This document shows, one piece after another, positions 1 to 8,434 of a stretch of 64,000 nucleotides of DNA (positions are counted from its first letter, which is position 1; the number at the start of each line of letters is the position of its first letter). The notes under the pieces were generated by a model. It saw only the letters and a program-made list of their open reading frames with translations. It ran no database searches and was not told where the DNA came from. Made by a program: the position numbers and the translations under genes. Source of the stretch: Thermodesulfobacteriota bacterium (lineage in GTDB: Bacteria > Desulfobacterota_D > UBA1144 > Nemesobacterales > UBA2774). The stretch spans positions 1,216,001 to 1,280,000 of the forward strand of contig OZ244197.1 of assembly GCA_965216785.1 (NCBI GenBank). The letters run 5' to 3'.

Positions 1-127
1 AACTCTCCTTATACATTTGGGAAAACGAAATTTAAAACTTTTACGGAGGTATTTATCATTTGTTTCTAATCATTTTTCCGATATCAGTACTTCTAACTTT
101 CAAAAATGAAACAGTTTCATTTATGAA

Positions 128-934
128 TCATTTACACTTTTCATCTAGCTCTTCTATCATCGTATCTATTTCATCTATAGATTTTTCAACTTGTTCTATA
201 ATCTTATTTTGTACCTGTTCTCTGATTTGTTCTTCTTCATCTGTTTGTATCTCTATTAGTAGATTCATTGAATCTTTTGTTGATATTTTCTTTATTCCTT
301 CTAATCTTTTGGATATCAACTGATTCAAGGCCTTGAGTTCACTTTTGTATACTTCTAAAATTGAAATATCTCTCTGTCTTATCAATAAATCTTGCACCTC
401 CTTGTCTGTGATTTTAAGTTCTCCCTTTTTAAATTTTAAAGCTAGTTGGACTAAGTCTTTCTTTTTGATATCAACAGGACCCTTAACACCTTCAAACAAG
501 GCTTCACGTAATCCACAAGGGAAATCTGGTTTTGCAATAAAATATAAACATGAGGGTTTAAAATACTCAACAATCTCAGGATTCCCCATACAGACTGTAT
601 ATACTTTCATATAGTTAAGAGCTGTCTTATAACTAAACTCAAAGTTATCGTTAATCCATGGTTTGAATTTCCCATGAGGCAAAATCTTTTTAACCTCAAA
701 TAGGAGTTTCCCAATTTCAAATATTTGGAGTTTGAGTCCACTACATCTAGCTTCTAGTTCTTCTTTTATAGAAGCTAAATACTCCTGTGTTTCATCAATA
801 GTTGAAAGATCTTTGTATGACTTTTCTATTCCATGTCCATGATCGATTGCCTCATTTAATTTTTTAAGTCTAAGCTCATTAGTTCCACGGCCTTGTGCTC
901 TTGTAATATCTAAAGTTTCTAATGTACTCATCAT
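128..934 (-). CDS. DUF3102-domain protein (phage/MGE-associated)
   Basis: Motif EIGKLLFEVKKILPHGKFKPWINDNFEFSYKTALNYMKVY typical of DUF3102; coiled-coil-like C-terminus. Confidence 0.7.
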   Translation of the reverse strand: MMSTLETLDITRAQGRGTNELRLKKLNEAIDHGHGIEKSYKDLSTIDETQEYLASIKEELEARCSGLKLQIFEIGKLLFEVKKILPHGKFKPWINDNFEFSYKTALNYMKVYTVCMGNPEIVEYFKPSCLYFIAKPDFPCGLREALFEGVKGPVDIKKKDLVQLALKFKKGELKITDKEVQDLLIRQRDISILEVYKSELKALNQLISKRLEGIKKISTKDSMNLLIEIQTDEEEQIREQVQNKIIEQVEKSIDEIDTMIEELDEKCK

Positions 935-1176
935 GCAAGCCCCCTTATATTTAGTATTTCAATTTCACGTTTCAGTTCTTTTTTTCTCCTTCCAGATACC
1001 CCAATTATTTTTCTTCTTGAAATCTCCTTATTAGCAAATTTCTTCACTTCCTCTTCTGAATCAGCCAGGTAATATAGTTTTTCATCGTACCAATCACCCT
1101 GTTGTCCTTTTATTCTTTTTCCTCCAAATTTACTTTTTACAACTCTGTTCTGAATGCAAACTTCAAATAATCGCAT
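931..1176 (-). CDS. Hypothetical basic protein
   Basis: AGGAGG SD upstream of ATG 1176 (ORF track starts at GTG 1185); ATGA overlap with the DUF3102 gene. Confidence 0.65.
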   Translation of the reverse strand: MRLFEVCIQNRVVKSKFGGKRIKGQQGDWYDEKLYYLADSEEEVKKFANKEISRRKIIGVSGRRKKELKREIEILNIRGLA

Positions 1177-1189
1177 ATAATACACCTCC

Positions 1190-1217
1190 TTGATATCTTA
1201 TTATATATTGATATCAA
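1190..1217. promoter_or_regulatory. Inverted repeat TTGATATC-N12-GATATCAA (possible operator)
   Basis: Arms at 1190-1197 and 1210-1217, directly upstream of the leftward operon. Confidence 0.3.
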
Positions 1218-1251
1218 TGAGTTACACTATTTATTATACTTTTGTATACGA

Positions 1252-1330
1252 CGGGCCGATCTATAGCAAAGCTATTTCTCATTCATTGGGCGAGGTCGTT
1301 ATGCGAGACGGGCGTTTTTGTTACTGTGAC
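1252..1330 (+). repeat. 79-bp imperfect direct repeat, copy 1
   Basis: Ungapped match to 3369-3447, 65/79 identical by manual count. Confidence 0.9.
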
Positions 1331-1579
1331 GTGCTGTCCGGGTAGGGGCAGACCTCACATGTTTTTATTAGCTTTGTCCTTTTATTAAGATCTAAAATCT
1401 TTTCTCTATATCAATTCATCTTCACTAACTAGTTTTTCATACGAACATATGTTTTTTTGTGCAAAATAACACAATCATTGCGTATAGTTACACATTTTTA
1501 TTAAAAAATAAAATAGTGCTTTGATCTATAATTTATCTGAGTTAAGCTCGTTAAAAATTCTATAGGAGTGTGCAAAATT

Positions 1580-3211
1580 ATGAGGTTATTAAACTTTACA
1601 TATTTACTCGTGTGTATTGTTGCGTTGGGCATTGTATCCGATCAGTCCTACGGGCATGGGTCTATGGAGACACCGATTAGCAGGATTTACAACTGTTTCT
1701 TAGAGAACCCGGAGAATCCAAAGTCGGACGCGTGTAGGGCGGCAGTTCAGGAAGGTGGAACACAGGGGCTTTATGACTGGAACGGGGTCAATCAGGCCAA
1801 CGCCAATGATATGCACAGAGACATTATTCCCGATGGGCAGCTTTGCGGAGGGGGTAAAGAGCTATTTAAGGGTATGGACCTGGCAAGAAATGATTGGCCC
1901 GCCACCATGATCGCACCTGATGAAAGCGGAAGGTTTGAGTTTGTATTTCATGCTACTGCCCCTCACAGCACAGACTATTTTAGGTTCTATGTTACAAAGG
2001 ACGACTACGATCCGCTAAGTCCTCTTAAGTGGTCTGATCTTGAAGACACTCCATTTTGTACGATAGAAGAGGTGACGCTTGAGAACGGCCGCTACAAGAT
2101 GGACTGCCCTTTGCCGCCGGATAAAACCGGTAGGCATGTGATATATAACATTTGGCAAAGAGACGACAGCACAGAGGCTTTCTACACCTGTATCGATGTA
2201 GAGTTTACGGGAGGCACTCCCATAGTGTGGAAGTCCCTTGGGCAGGTGCGCGCTCAGCAGGATCTTAAGGTGGGAGATAGCGTAACATTTAGACTCTTTG
2301 ATTCGGCAACGGGGGGCGATCTTGAAACTCACACATTAGTGCTTCAAAACGGTCAGAACGCGGCAGACCAATGGCCGTTTTTCTTGGCGGAGCATGTAAA
2401 TGTAGAGTCGGCTTTCGTTAAGATCGGCGTTCTAGATTCAGACGGGAATATAAATCCGGTATTTAGCTCACAAGACAATAATGTTTATATACCCTCGGAT
2501 GAAGAGCTTTCTTTTCAAATTGATATAGATACCTCTGGCAACCCTCCGAGCGAAGACCTCACGACCGATATTGACGTCACCTCCGATTGGGGTGCGGGCT
2601 ATTGTGCTGAGGTTAGTGTTAGCAACGGCGGAGACACTCAGTCTGACTGGACTGTCACTATTACTGTTGAAGGGAGTATAAGAGAAATATGGAACGCTAC
2701 ATATACTCAAGACGGCAACCAAGTGACTGCGGACGGCGTGGAATGGAATAATGTAGTCGATCCCGGACAGTCAACAGGGTTTGGATTCTGTGCCGACAGG
2801 AACTCTACACCACCCCAGCCTACACCGGAGCCAACTCCGGCGCCGTCATTTGCGTGCTCTGACGGCATCGATAATGACAGTGACGGACTGGTCGATTTTC
2901 CGGATGACCCGGGGTGCGATAGCGCTAGTGACAACGATGAGTTCAATGAAACGAGCGGCGGAGAAGTAACCGCCGATGTATTTATCAATGACGATTGGGG
3001 CAGAGGCTATTGCGCTCAGGTAACGGTTACGAACAATTCTTCGTCCCCTTCGGACTGGGTTGTATCCTTCCCGATTGAGGGAAATATTAGAAACCTATGG
3101 AGCGCCGTATATGAGCAGAACGGAAATACTGTGACTGCGGAAGGTGTCTCTTGGAATAATATTCTAAACCCCGGACAGTCGACAGGGTTTGGGTTCTGCG
3201 CTATTAGATAA
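1580..3211 (+). CDS. Lytic polysaccharide monooxygenase AA10 (CbpD-like) + GbpA_2-like module + two CBM2 domains
   Basis: Signal peptide then N-terminal His (HGSMETPISR), ATAPH second His, EAFYTC; YDWNGVNQ; two Trp/Cys-containing CBM2 repeats ending FGFCA; ATG 1580 preferred because GTG 1568 overlaps the AGGAG SD. Confidence 0.92.
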   Translation: MRLLNFTYLLVCIVALGIVSDQSYGHGSMETPISRIYNCFLENPENPKSDACRAAVQEGGTQGLYDWNGVNQANANDMHRDIIPDGQLCGGGKELFKGMDLARNDWPATMIAPDESGRFEFVFHATAPHSTDYFRFYVTKDDYDPLSPLKWSDLEDTPFCTIEEVTLENGRYKMDCPLPPDKTGRHVIYNIWQRDDSTEAFYTCIDVEFTGGTPIVWKSLGQVRAQQDLKVGDSVTFRLFDSATGGDLETHTLVLQNGQNAADQWPFFLAEHVNVESAFVKIGVLDSDGNINPVFSSQDNNVYIPSDEELSFQIDIDTSGNPPSEDLTTDIDVTSDWGAGYCAEVSVSNGGDTQSDWTVTITVEGSIREIWNATYTQDGNQVTADGVEWNNVVDPGQSTGFGFCADRNSTPPQPTPEPTPAPSFACSDGIDNDSDGLVDFPDDPGCDSASDNDEFNETSGGEVTADVFINDDWGRGYCAQVTVTNNSSSPSDWVVSFPIEGNIRNLWSAVYEQNGNTVTAEGVSWNNILNPGQSTGFGFCAIR

Positions 3212-3227
3212 TCCGTTTAGATGCTTA

Positions 3228-3267
3228 AGGGAGGAGAGTGCGCCCGCACTCGCCTCTCTTATTTTTT
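3228..3267 (+). terminator. Rho-independent terminator after the LPMO gene
   Basis: GAGGAGAGTGCG/CGCACTCGCCTC stem followed by TTATTTTTT. Confidence 0.75.
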
Positions 3268-3368
3268 CGACGATATATATGATAGAAAGGTTTAGGAGTT
3301 GGAACTGAAACTAAATCATATAAGCTTATATTAGAACAAGATGGATGGTCTCTAAGCTTAGTGAATGG

Positions 3369-3447
3369 CGGGCCGATTTACAGAAGCGCAGTTTCTCATT
3401 GCTTGGGCGAGGTCGTTATGTGCAGTGGGCGTTTTTGTTACTGTGAC
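3369..3447 (+). repeat. 79-bp imperfect direct repeat, copy 2
   Basis: Ungapped match to 1252-1330. Confidence 0.9.
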
Positions 3448-3549
3448 ATTTTATCCTGATCTTAATTTGACGTTCTGTAAACGTATTTCTTATTTATTTG
3501 ACATATCAAGTTCCTTTTGTAATCTGAGCAACTTATTTATAATAGTCCT

Positions 3550-4200
3550 ATGGCTATTCCTTCATCAGATTTACCAGGACATAAAAAAGTTCATGATCTA
3601 ACCATTACAGCACTAGATACTTGCCAAGAAACTCGATCAGTTGATTTTAAAGAGTCCTCTGCCTGGGAAAATATAAAAATAAAAATTATAAAAACTGCTA
3701 TGGCTATGGGTAACCTTCGAGATGGTGGTCTAATAATTATTGGAGTATCTGAGAGGGATGATACCTGGGATTTGACTGGAATCAGTGAATCAGATCTATC
3801 TACATATGATTTAGATAGCATACTAGATACCATGAATCGCTACACTTCTCCTCCTTTAAATGTTGATATTGTTACAGTAAAACACAGTGATGATAAAGTA
3901 TATTTAGTTATCTACATATACGAGTTTGATGATAAGCCCTTTGTTTGCAAAAGAAACGGTCCAAACAACGAGATAAAAGAAGGAGATATATATATAAGGC
4001 CTTTAGGAGGAAGACCTAGAACAACAAAAATTCAATCAGCTGATGATTTACATGATTTATTAGAACTTGCCGCTGATAAAAAATCGAAATTATTTATTGA
4101 AAGAGCTAAACGTTTAGGTCTTATAACTGAAGTAACTGGTACTGATCACACTGATGAAACAAGTACGAAAAAATATGACGAAGAGTTAGAGGGATTATGA
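3550..4200 (+). CDS. Schlafen/AlbA_2-domain protein
   Basis: ETRSVDFKE...KTAMAMGNLRDGGLIIIGVSE signature and later IYIR motif; AT-rich. Confidence 0.8.
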   Translation: MAIPSSDLPGHKKVHDLTITALDTCQETRSVDFKESSAWENIKIKIIKTAMAMGNLRDGGLIIIGVSERDDTWDLTGISESDLSTYDLDSILDTMNRYTSPPLNVDIVTVKHSDDKVYLVIYIYEFDDKPFVCKRNGPNNEIKEGDIYIRPLGGRPRTTKIQSADDLHDLLELAADKKSKLFIERAKRLGLITEVTGTDHTDETSTKKYDEELEGL

Positions 4201-4931
4201 GTAATGATATAAAAATACCGGTACCAGTTCTTGAAAAACCTCACTGGAGAGTTAATTTCCGTTCCATACCCTATAAGGGGAAAGCAGCAATATCGCTTAA
4301 GGAATGCAACGAAATAATACAAAAAAATAAAGTTAGTCTAAGAGGGTGGGATTATCCACATATCGACCCAAAAAATAAAGCACATGGAAACAATTGGGTA
4401 GCCTCATGGACTATCTTTAATGGGCATGTTGAATATTGGAGATTTTATCAAAGCACCCAATTCATACATTTATTTAGTGTACTAGAAACTACAAGACCTG
4501 AATGGAAGGCAAAAATAGATGAAGCTATGGAATGGCATTTAGGATATAGAAAGGACATAGATTGGAATTCAGTCCCAGGTTATTTTTCAATAATCAATTT
4601 TCTTTACACGGTTACTGAAATTTATGAATTTGCAACAAGATTATGCCAATCAGAAATCTATAAGGACAAACTCAATATAGATATCCAACTAAATAATATT
4701 CATGGATTTATGTTAGCTGCAGATAAAAACCGTAGATGGGATCAAGACTATCATTCCGATGAGGATACCTTGCTTTTTAACAAAGAATATATTGCTGATG
4801 ATATGATAGTATTTAGTCATAAATACGCCCTTGATACTGTTATACATTTTTTTGAGAGATTTGGATGGCTATCACCAACAGAATCTTTATTAAAAGAAGA
4901 ACAGGACAAATTTCTACGTGGAAAGTTCTAA
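4197..4931 (+). CDS. Hypothetical Trp-rich protein, partner of the Schlafen/AlbA_2 gene
   Basis: 244-aa ORF; ATGA overlap with upstream gene; motifs LRGWDYPH and WRFYQS. Confidence 0.8.
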   Translation: MSNDIKIPVPVLEKPHWRVNFRSIPYKGKAAISLKECNEIIQKNKVSLRGWDYPHIDPKNKAHGNNWVASWTIFNGHVEYWRFYQSTQFIHLFSVLETTRPEWKAKIDEAMEWHLGYRKDIDWNSVPGYFSIINFLYTVTEIYEFATRLCQSEIYKDKLNIDIQLNNIHGFMLAADKNRRWDQDYHSDEDTLLFNKEYIADDMIVFSHKYALDTVIHFFERFGWLSPTESLLKEEQDKFLRGKF

Positions 4932-5011
4932 AACAGAAGTTTTTATTTCAACGGTGAGACCGTAATCATGGACGGGTGCTATAGCTTCTGCGAAATCCTG
5001 TCCTAGTGATT

Positions 5012-5236
5012 TCAAACCTCTATAATAATTTTGTTGGAATGACTTTTAAGCACCTTAAGAGATTTTGTATCAAGCATAGTGTCCGGTACGTTTCTGAGTA
5101 TCAGGTTCGAGTTAAACATCCTAGCAGCCTCTATAATCTCCTCTATTTCGCCCTCGCACGAGGCTGCGTCCAGCGATACACCGAACCCTAGCTGAAGAAG
5201 CTCGATCGCTTTCTCTGTGTTTTTAATGTCTGCCAT
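5012..5236 (-). CDS. Hypothetical protein
   Basis: 74 aa with GAGGAG SD. Confidence 0.65.
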   Translation of the reverse strand: MADIKNTEKAIELLQLGFGVSLDAASCEGEIEEIIEAARMFNSNLILRNVPDTMLDTKSLKVLKSHSNKIIIEV

Positions 5237-5306
5237 TACCGCATCTCCTCATCTAATTTGTAATTTGCTATTGATAATCGGATTCTAACCTAATACCGCC
5301 GCCAAG

Positions 5307-5597
5307 TTATGCCGCGGACGGCCATACAATTCTGATGACTATCTTGTTACTCCACGGGTGCTCGTCGAGTTTTATGTCGCATCCCCTTTCGCTCCAGAAC
5401 CTCATAATCTCCTCTATGTGTCTGACTGCGCTCTCGTGGCCGACTTCAAGAGGCTTTTCTTCCCCGGGTATTTCTATCTTATACATCTTGTACCCGTACT
5501 TGCTCACGCTCGGAGTGATCGTACAGACGATGTCGTTCATGACCCTCTTGCCTTTGATATAGATATGTGACGTATCTTCCAATTTACTTTCCCGCAT
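5307..5597 (-). CDS. Hypothetical protein
   Basis: 96 aa; SD-like GAGGAG abuts the ATG, so the true start is uncertain. Confidence 0.6.
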   Translation of the reverse strand: MRESKLEDTSHIYIKGKRVMNDIVCTITPSVSKYGYKMYKIEIPGEEKPLEVGHESAVRHIEEIMRFWSERGCDIKLDEHPWSNKIVIRIVWPSAA

Positions 5598-5685
5598 CTC
5601 CTCATATTTTAATGATATACTGATGGGAACTTTCTGAATAGCTTACGATCCGGAAGGTAAATCATAATACTTGAAAGGTGAGTAC

Positions 5686-6351
5686 ATGAAAAGGGTGCCG
5701 GAGCCTGAACTAATGACTGAACAGGAGCAAGTAGAAGCTTACGGGGGAGCCGACTTTGAAGAGCCGCACTCTAATTTTATGGCTCTCCTTGGGTCCACAT
5801 TCCCGGATATTCCTTCCGTAAGCACCGTTCTTGACCTGGGCTCGGGGGCGGGGGATATTGTTCTCAGGTTCGCAAAGGAGTACCCCGGCGCGCGTATAGA
5901 CGCGGTAGACGGCTCACCGGCGATGCTGGAGTTTGCCGCGAGTCTTCTAAGCCCCTACCCGGACATAGAGGGGCGGGTGAGCTTCATTAACTCTTTTATT
6001 CAGGATTTTATCCCGGAGAAAATATATGACCTCATTATGAGTAACAGCCTCCTTCATCACCTCCACGACCCCTCTAATTTTTGGAATAAGTTAGGGGAGG
6101 CTTCAGGGCCGGGGACGAGGATATTCGTCATGGACCTGTTAAGGCCCGCCTCTGTTGAAGAGGCCGGGGCTCTTCTTGAAAAGTACACTCAGGGCGAGCC
6201 CGAGGTACTTAAAAGGGATTTCTATAACTCTCTTCTGGCCGCGTTTGAGATTGACGAAGTTAAGGCACAGATTGGTAATGCCGGTCTCGGGAACCTTGAA
6301 ACGAAAAAAGTGAGCGACAGGCATTTAATAGTTTTCGGTAGTGTTGAATGA
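5686..6351 (+). CDS. Class I SAM-dependent methyltransferase
   Basis: VLDLGSGAG motif I, AVDGSPAM, SNSLLHHL. Confidence 0.9.
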   Translation: MKRVPEPELMTEQEQVEAYGGADFEEPHSNFMALLGSTFPDIPSVSTVLDLGSGAGDIVLRFAKEYPGARIDAVDGSPAMLEFAASLLSPYPDIEGRVSFINSFIQDFIPEKIYDLIMSNSLLHHLHDPSNFWNKLGEASGPGTRIFVMDLLRPASVEEAGALLEKYTQGEPEVLKRDFYNSLLAAFEIDEVKAQIGNAGLGNLETKKVSDRHLIVFGSVE

Positions 6352-6424
6352 CTATAAGGAAAATTTGAGAAAGCGTTTAGAATATAAAAAAGAGTAAACA
6401 ATCGAATCATACGGAGGCTCCAGA

Positions 6425-6904
6425 TTGAGTAAAAAGTCCACGAAAAGAGCAGTTGAAGTTATAAATACCGAGCTAGTGTTCCCCACCCATACCAATCACT
6501 ACGGTACGATTTTCGGCGGACGGGTGCTCGAGCTCATGGACACTACGGGGGCTCTTGCGGCCATGCGTTTTGCGAACGAAGAGGCTGTGACGGCGTCGAT
6601 CGAGGCAATCGATTTTAAAAAACCCATAAAAGTGGGTGATATTATTGAGCTCAAGGCAAGGGTTATATATACAGCCAATACATCTATGGTTGTTAAAGTA
6701 GACGTATTCAGGGTCAATAAGTTCAGCTCAAAGGAGGAGTTCGCATGCAGCGGCTATCTCGTATTCGTAGCCGTAGACTCAAACGGAGAGCCAAGGGTCG
6801 TGCCTCAGCTCCGGTGCGTGACTAAAGAAGAAAAAAAATACTGTAAGATCGGCGAAGGGATTAAAAAACGCTCACAGGAAAGAAGAAAGAGAGAAGCTGA
6901 GTAA
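6425..6904 (+). CDS. Acyl-CoA thioesterase (hotdog fold, YciA-like)
   Basis: NHYGTIFGGRVLELMD; IDFKKPIKVGD; FVAVD. Confidence 0.9.
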   Translation: MSKKSTKRAVEVINTELVFPTHTNHYGTIFGGRVLELMDTTGALAAMRFANEEAVTASIEAIDFKKPIKVGDIIELKARVIYTANTSMVVKVDVFRVNKFSSKEEFACSGYLVFVAVDSNGEPRVVPQLRCVTKEEKKYCKIGEGIKKRSQERRKREAE

Positions 6905-6969
6905 TAAGGGTTGTTCCTGAAATAGACGCATCGTCTTTCACTGCCGATAACTATTTTGTGTATTTATTC

Positions 6970-7236
6970 CTACTCAGGCATCTGAGATTCCATCTCAGAG
7001 CAGTTCACTGCTCCGTCAGGGCCTGAGAGGCGGCTGCAGCTATACGTCCTTCCGTTACATAGCGCTTGCCAGGTGGCGCTTCCGTCATCGTGGATTACAT
7101 GCTGTATTACTTCAATGTGGTCTGCACTGCAGGGTATATGTGGCACCGACTCTTCCTGAAGGGACTGTATTACGTAAGGGTTTCCGCAAGAGAAAGAAGC
7201 AAGCGCAAGAACCGCAATTATAAGTGTCTTTTTCAT
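6970..7236 (-). CDS. Small Cys-rich lipoprotein
   Basis: Signal peptide with SFSC lipobox-like site; four further Cys. Confidence 0.7.
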   Translation of the reverse strand: MKKTLIIAVLALASFSCGNPYVIQSLQEESVPHIPCSADHIEVIQHVIHDDGSATWQALCNGRTYSCSRLSGPDGAVNCSEMESQMPE

Positions 7237-7352
7237 CCTTCACCGCCTTCTGAGTTTTGTGTTCTGTCTGCTAAAGTGTTGCGTTACCAAATTGATTAAT
7301 CATAATAAGCTACAATGATGAAACTTTCAATCTTGGCAGGATCGAAAATAAA

Positions 7353-8372
7353 GTGAAGGCTATAGTGCTAACCAAAACGGGCGGCCCCGATAAATTGGTT
7401 GTTTCCGACGTCGGCGAGCCTGCTATCGGCCCCGGCGAGGTACGTGTGAGGGTTCACTATGCGGGGATAAACTACGCCGAGATACTCTCCCGTAAGGGGC
7501 TGTACGGATGGGCTCCGAAGAGGCCTTATATATTGGGCATGGAGGCTTCAGGTGTGATAGAGGAGCTCGGGCAGGGAGTGGATAAGTCGCGTCTTGGCCA
7601 GCAAGTAATGGTGGGGACAAAAACCGGGGCCTATGCCGAAGAAATAGTCGTTCCAGAAAATCAGGCGATCCCTTCTCCAAAAGGCTTTACAATGGAGGAA
7701 AGCGCGGCGTTCCTGGTTAATTATTTGACTGCCTGGGTTTCGTTATTCACCATGGCCAACACAAAGCCCGGGGAAACGGTTTTGATAACAGCGGCGGCAG
7801 GCGGGGTGGGTACGGCCGCGGTACAGCTCGCCTGTGCTCATGGGTGCAGCGTGTACGGTATGGCCGGAAGTGAGGAGAAGATAGATTTTATAAAATCACT
7901 CGGCGCGAAAGATGCTTTTAATTACAGATTGTCCAATTGTTTCGAAGCTTTACTCTCTCAAACAAATGGAGTTGACGTAGCGCTCGAGACGGTTGGGGGA
8001 GAAGTTTTCAAAAAGAGCTTAAACAGTTTAAATCCGTTTGGCCGGATTGTTGTGGCCGGTTTCGCGAGCCTCGACCTTAAAAAATGGAACCCGTTTTCTT
8101 GGTACAAGACCTGGCGGGACTTGCCCGGTGCGGATATAAGAATAATGTCTCAGAAGTCTGTCGCCGTTATGTCGTGCCACATAGGTTATCTATTGGAAGA
8201 AGAGCCGAAAAAGATAGAAGAAAATTACGGAGAGCTTAAAGATTTTGTTCATAAACACGGGATAAAACCTTTAGTAGGCAAGGTGTTCTCATTTAAAGAG
8301 GCGCGCGATGCGCACAGTTACATTGAATCGAGAAAAAGTGCCGGGAAGGTTCTTTTAAAACTTACAGACTGA
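7353..8372 (+). CDS. MDR-family NADPH:quinone oxidoreductase (VAT-1/QOR-like)
   Basis: AGINYAE, GMEASG, TAAAGGVGTAAVQL, GKVLL. Confidence 0.88.
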   Translation: MKAIVLTKTGGPDKLVVSDVGEPAIGPGEVRVRVHYAGINYAEILSRKGLYGWAPKRPYILGMEASGVIEELGQGVDKSRLGQQVMVGTKTGAYAEEIVVPENQAIPSPKGFTMEESAAFLVNYLTAWVSLFTMANTKPGETVLITAAAGGVGTAAVQLACAHGCSVYGMAGSEEKIDFIKSLGAKDAFNYRLSNCFEALLSQTNGVDVALETVGGEVFKKSLNSLNPFGRIVVAGFASLDLKKWNPFSWYKTWRDLPGADIRIMSQKSVAVMSCHIGYLLEEEPKKIEENYGELKDFVHKHGIKPLVGKVFSFKEARDAHSYIESRKSAGKVLLKLTD

Positions 8373-8434
8373 TATGCGCAGATTATGGGTCCTTGGTTTT
8401 TTTGTGCTGTTAAGAAAGAAGAATATAGTGGATG

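Larger units (their letters stand above)
1..1250. mobile_element. End of an AT-rich accessory/integrative element continuing beyond the left edge
   Basis: Visibly more AT-rich than the core; DUF3102-like gene; no housekeeping genes; no integrase or att site visible in the window. Confidence 0.5.

Noticed and set aside
1252-3447. 79-bp repeats as integron attC sites or CRISPR repeats
   Set aside because: GTTATGY is present but there is no complementary RYYYAAC inverse core and no IntI in the window; only two copies 2.1 kb apart and no cas genes
3365-3601. 78-aa ORF from the track spanning repeat copy 2
   Set aside because: No SD, overlaps the Schlafen start, and no recognisable protein features
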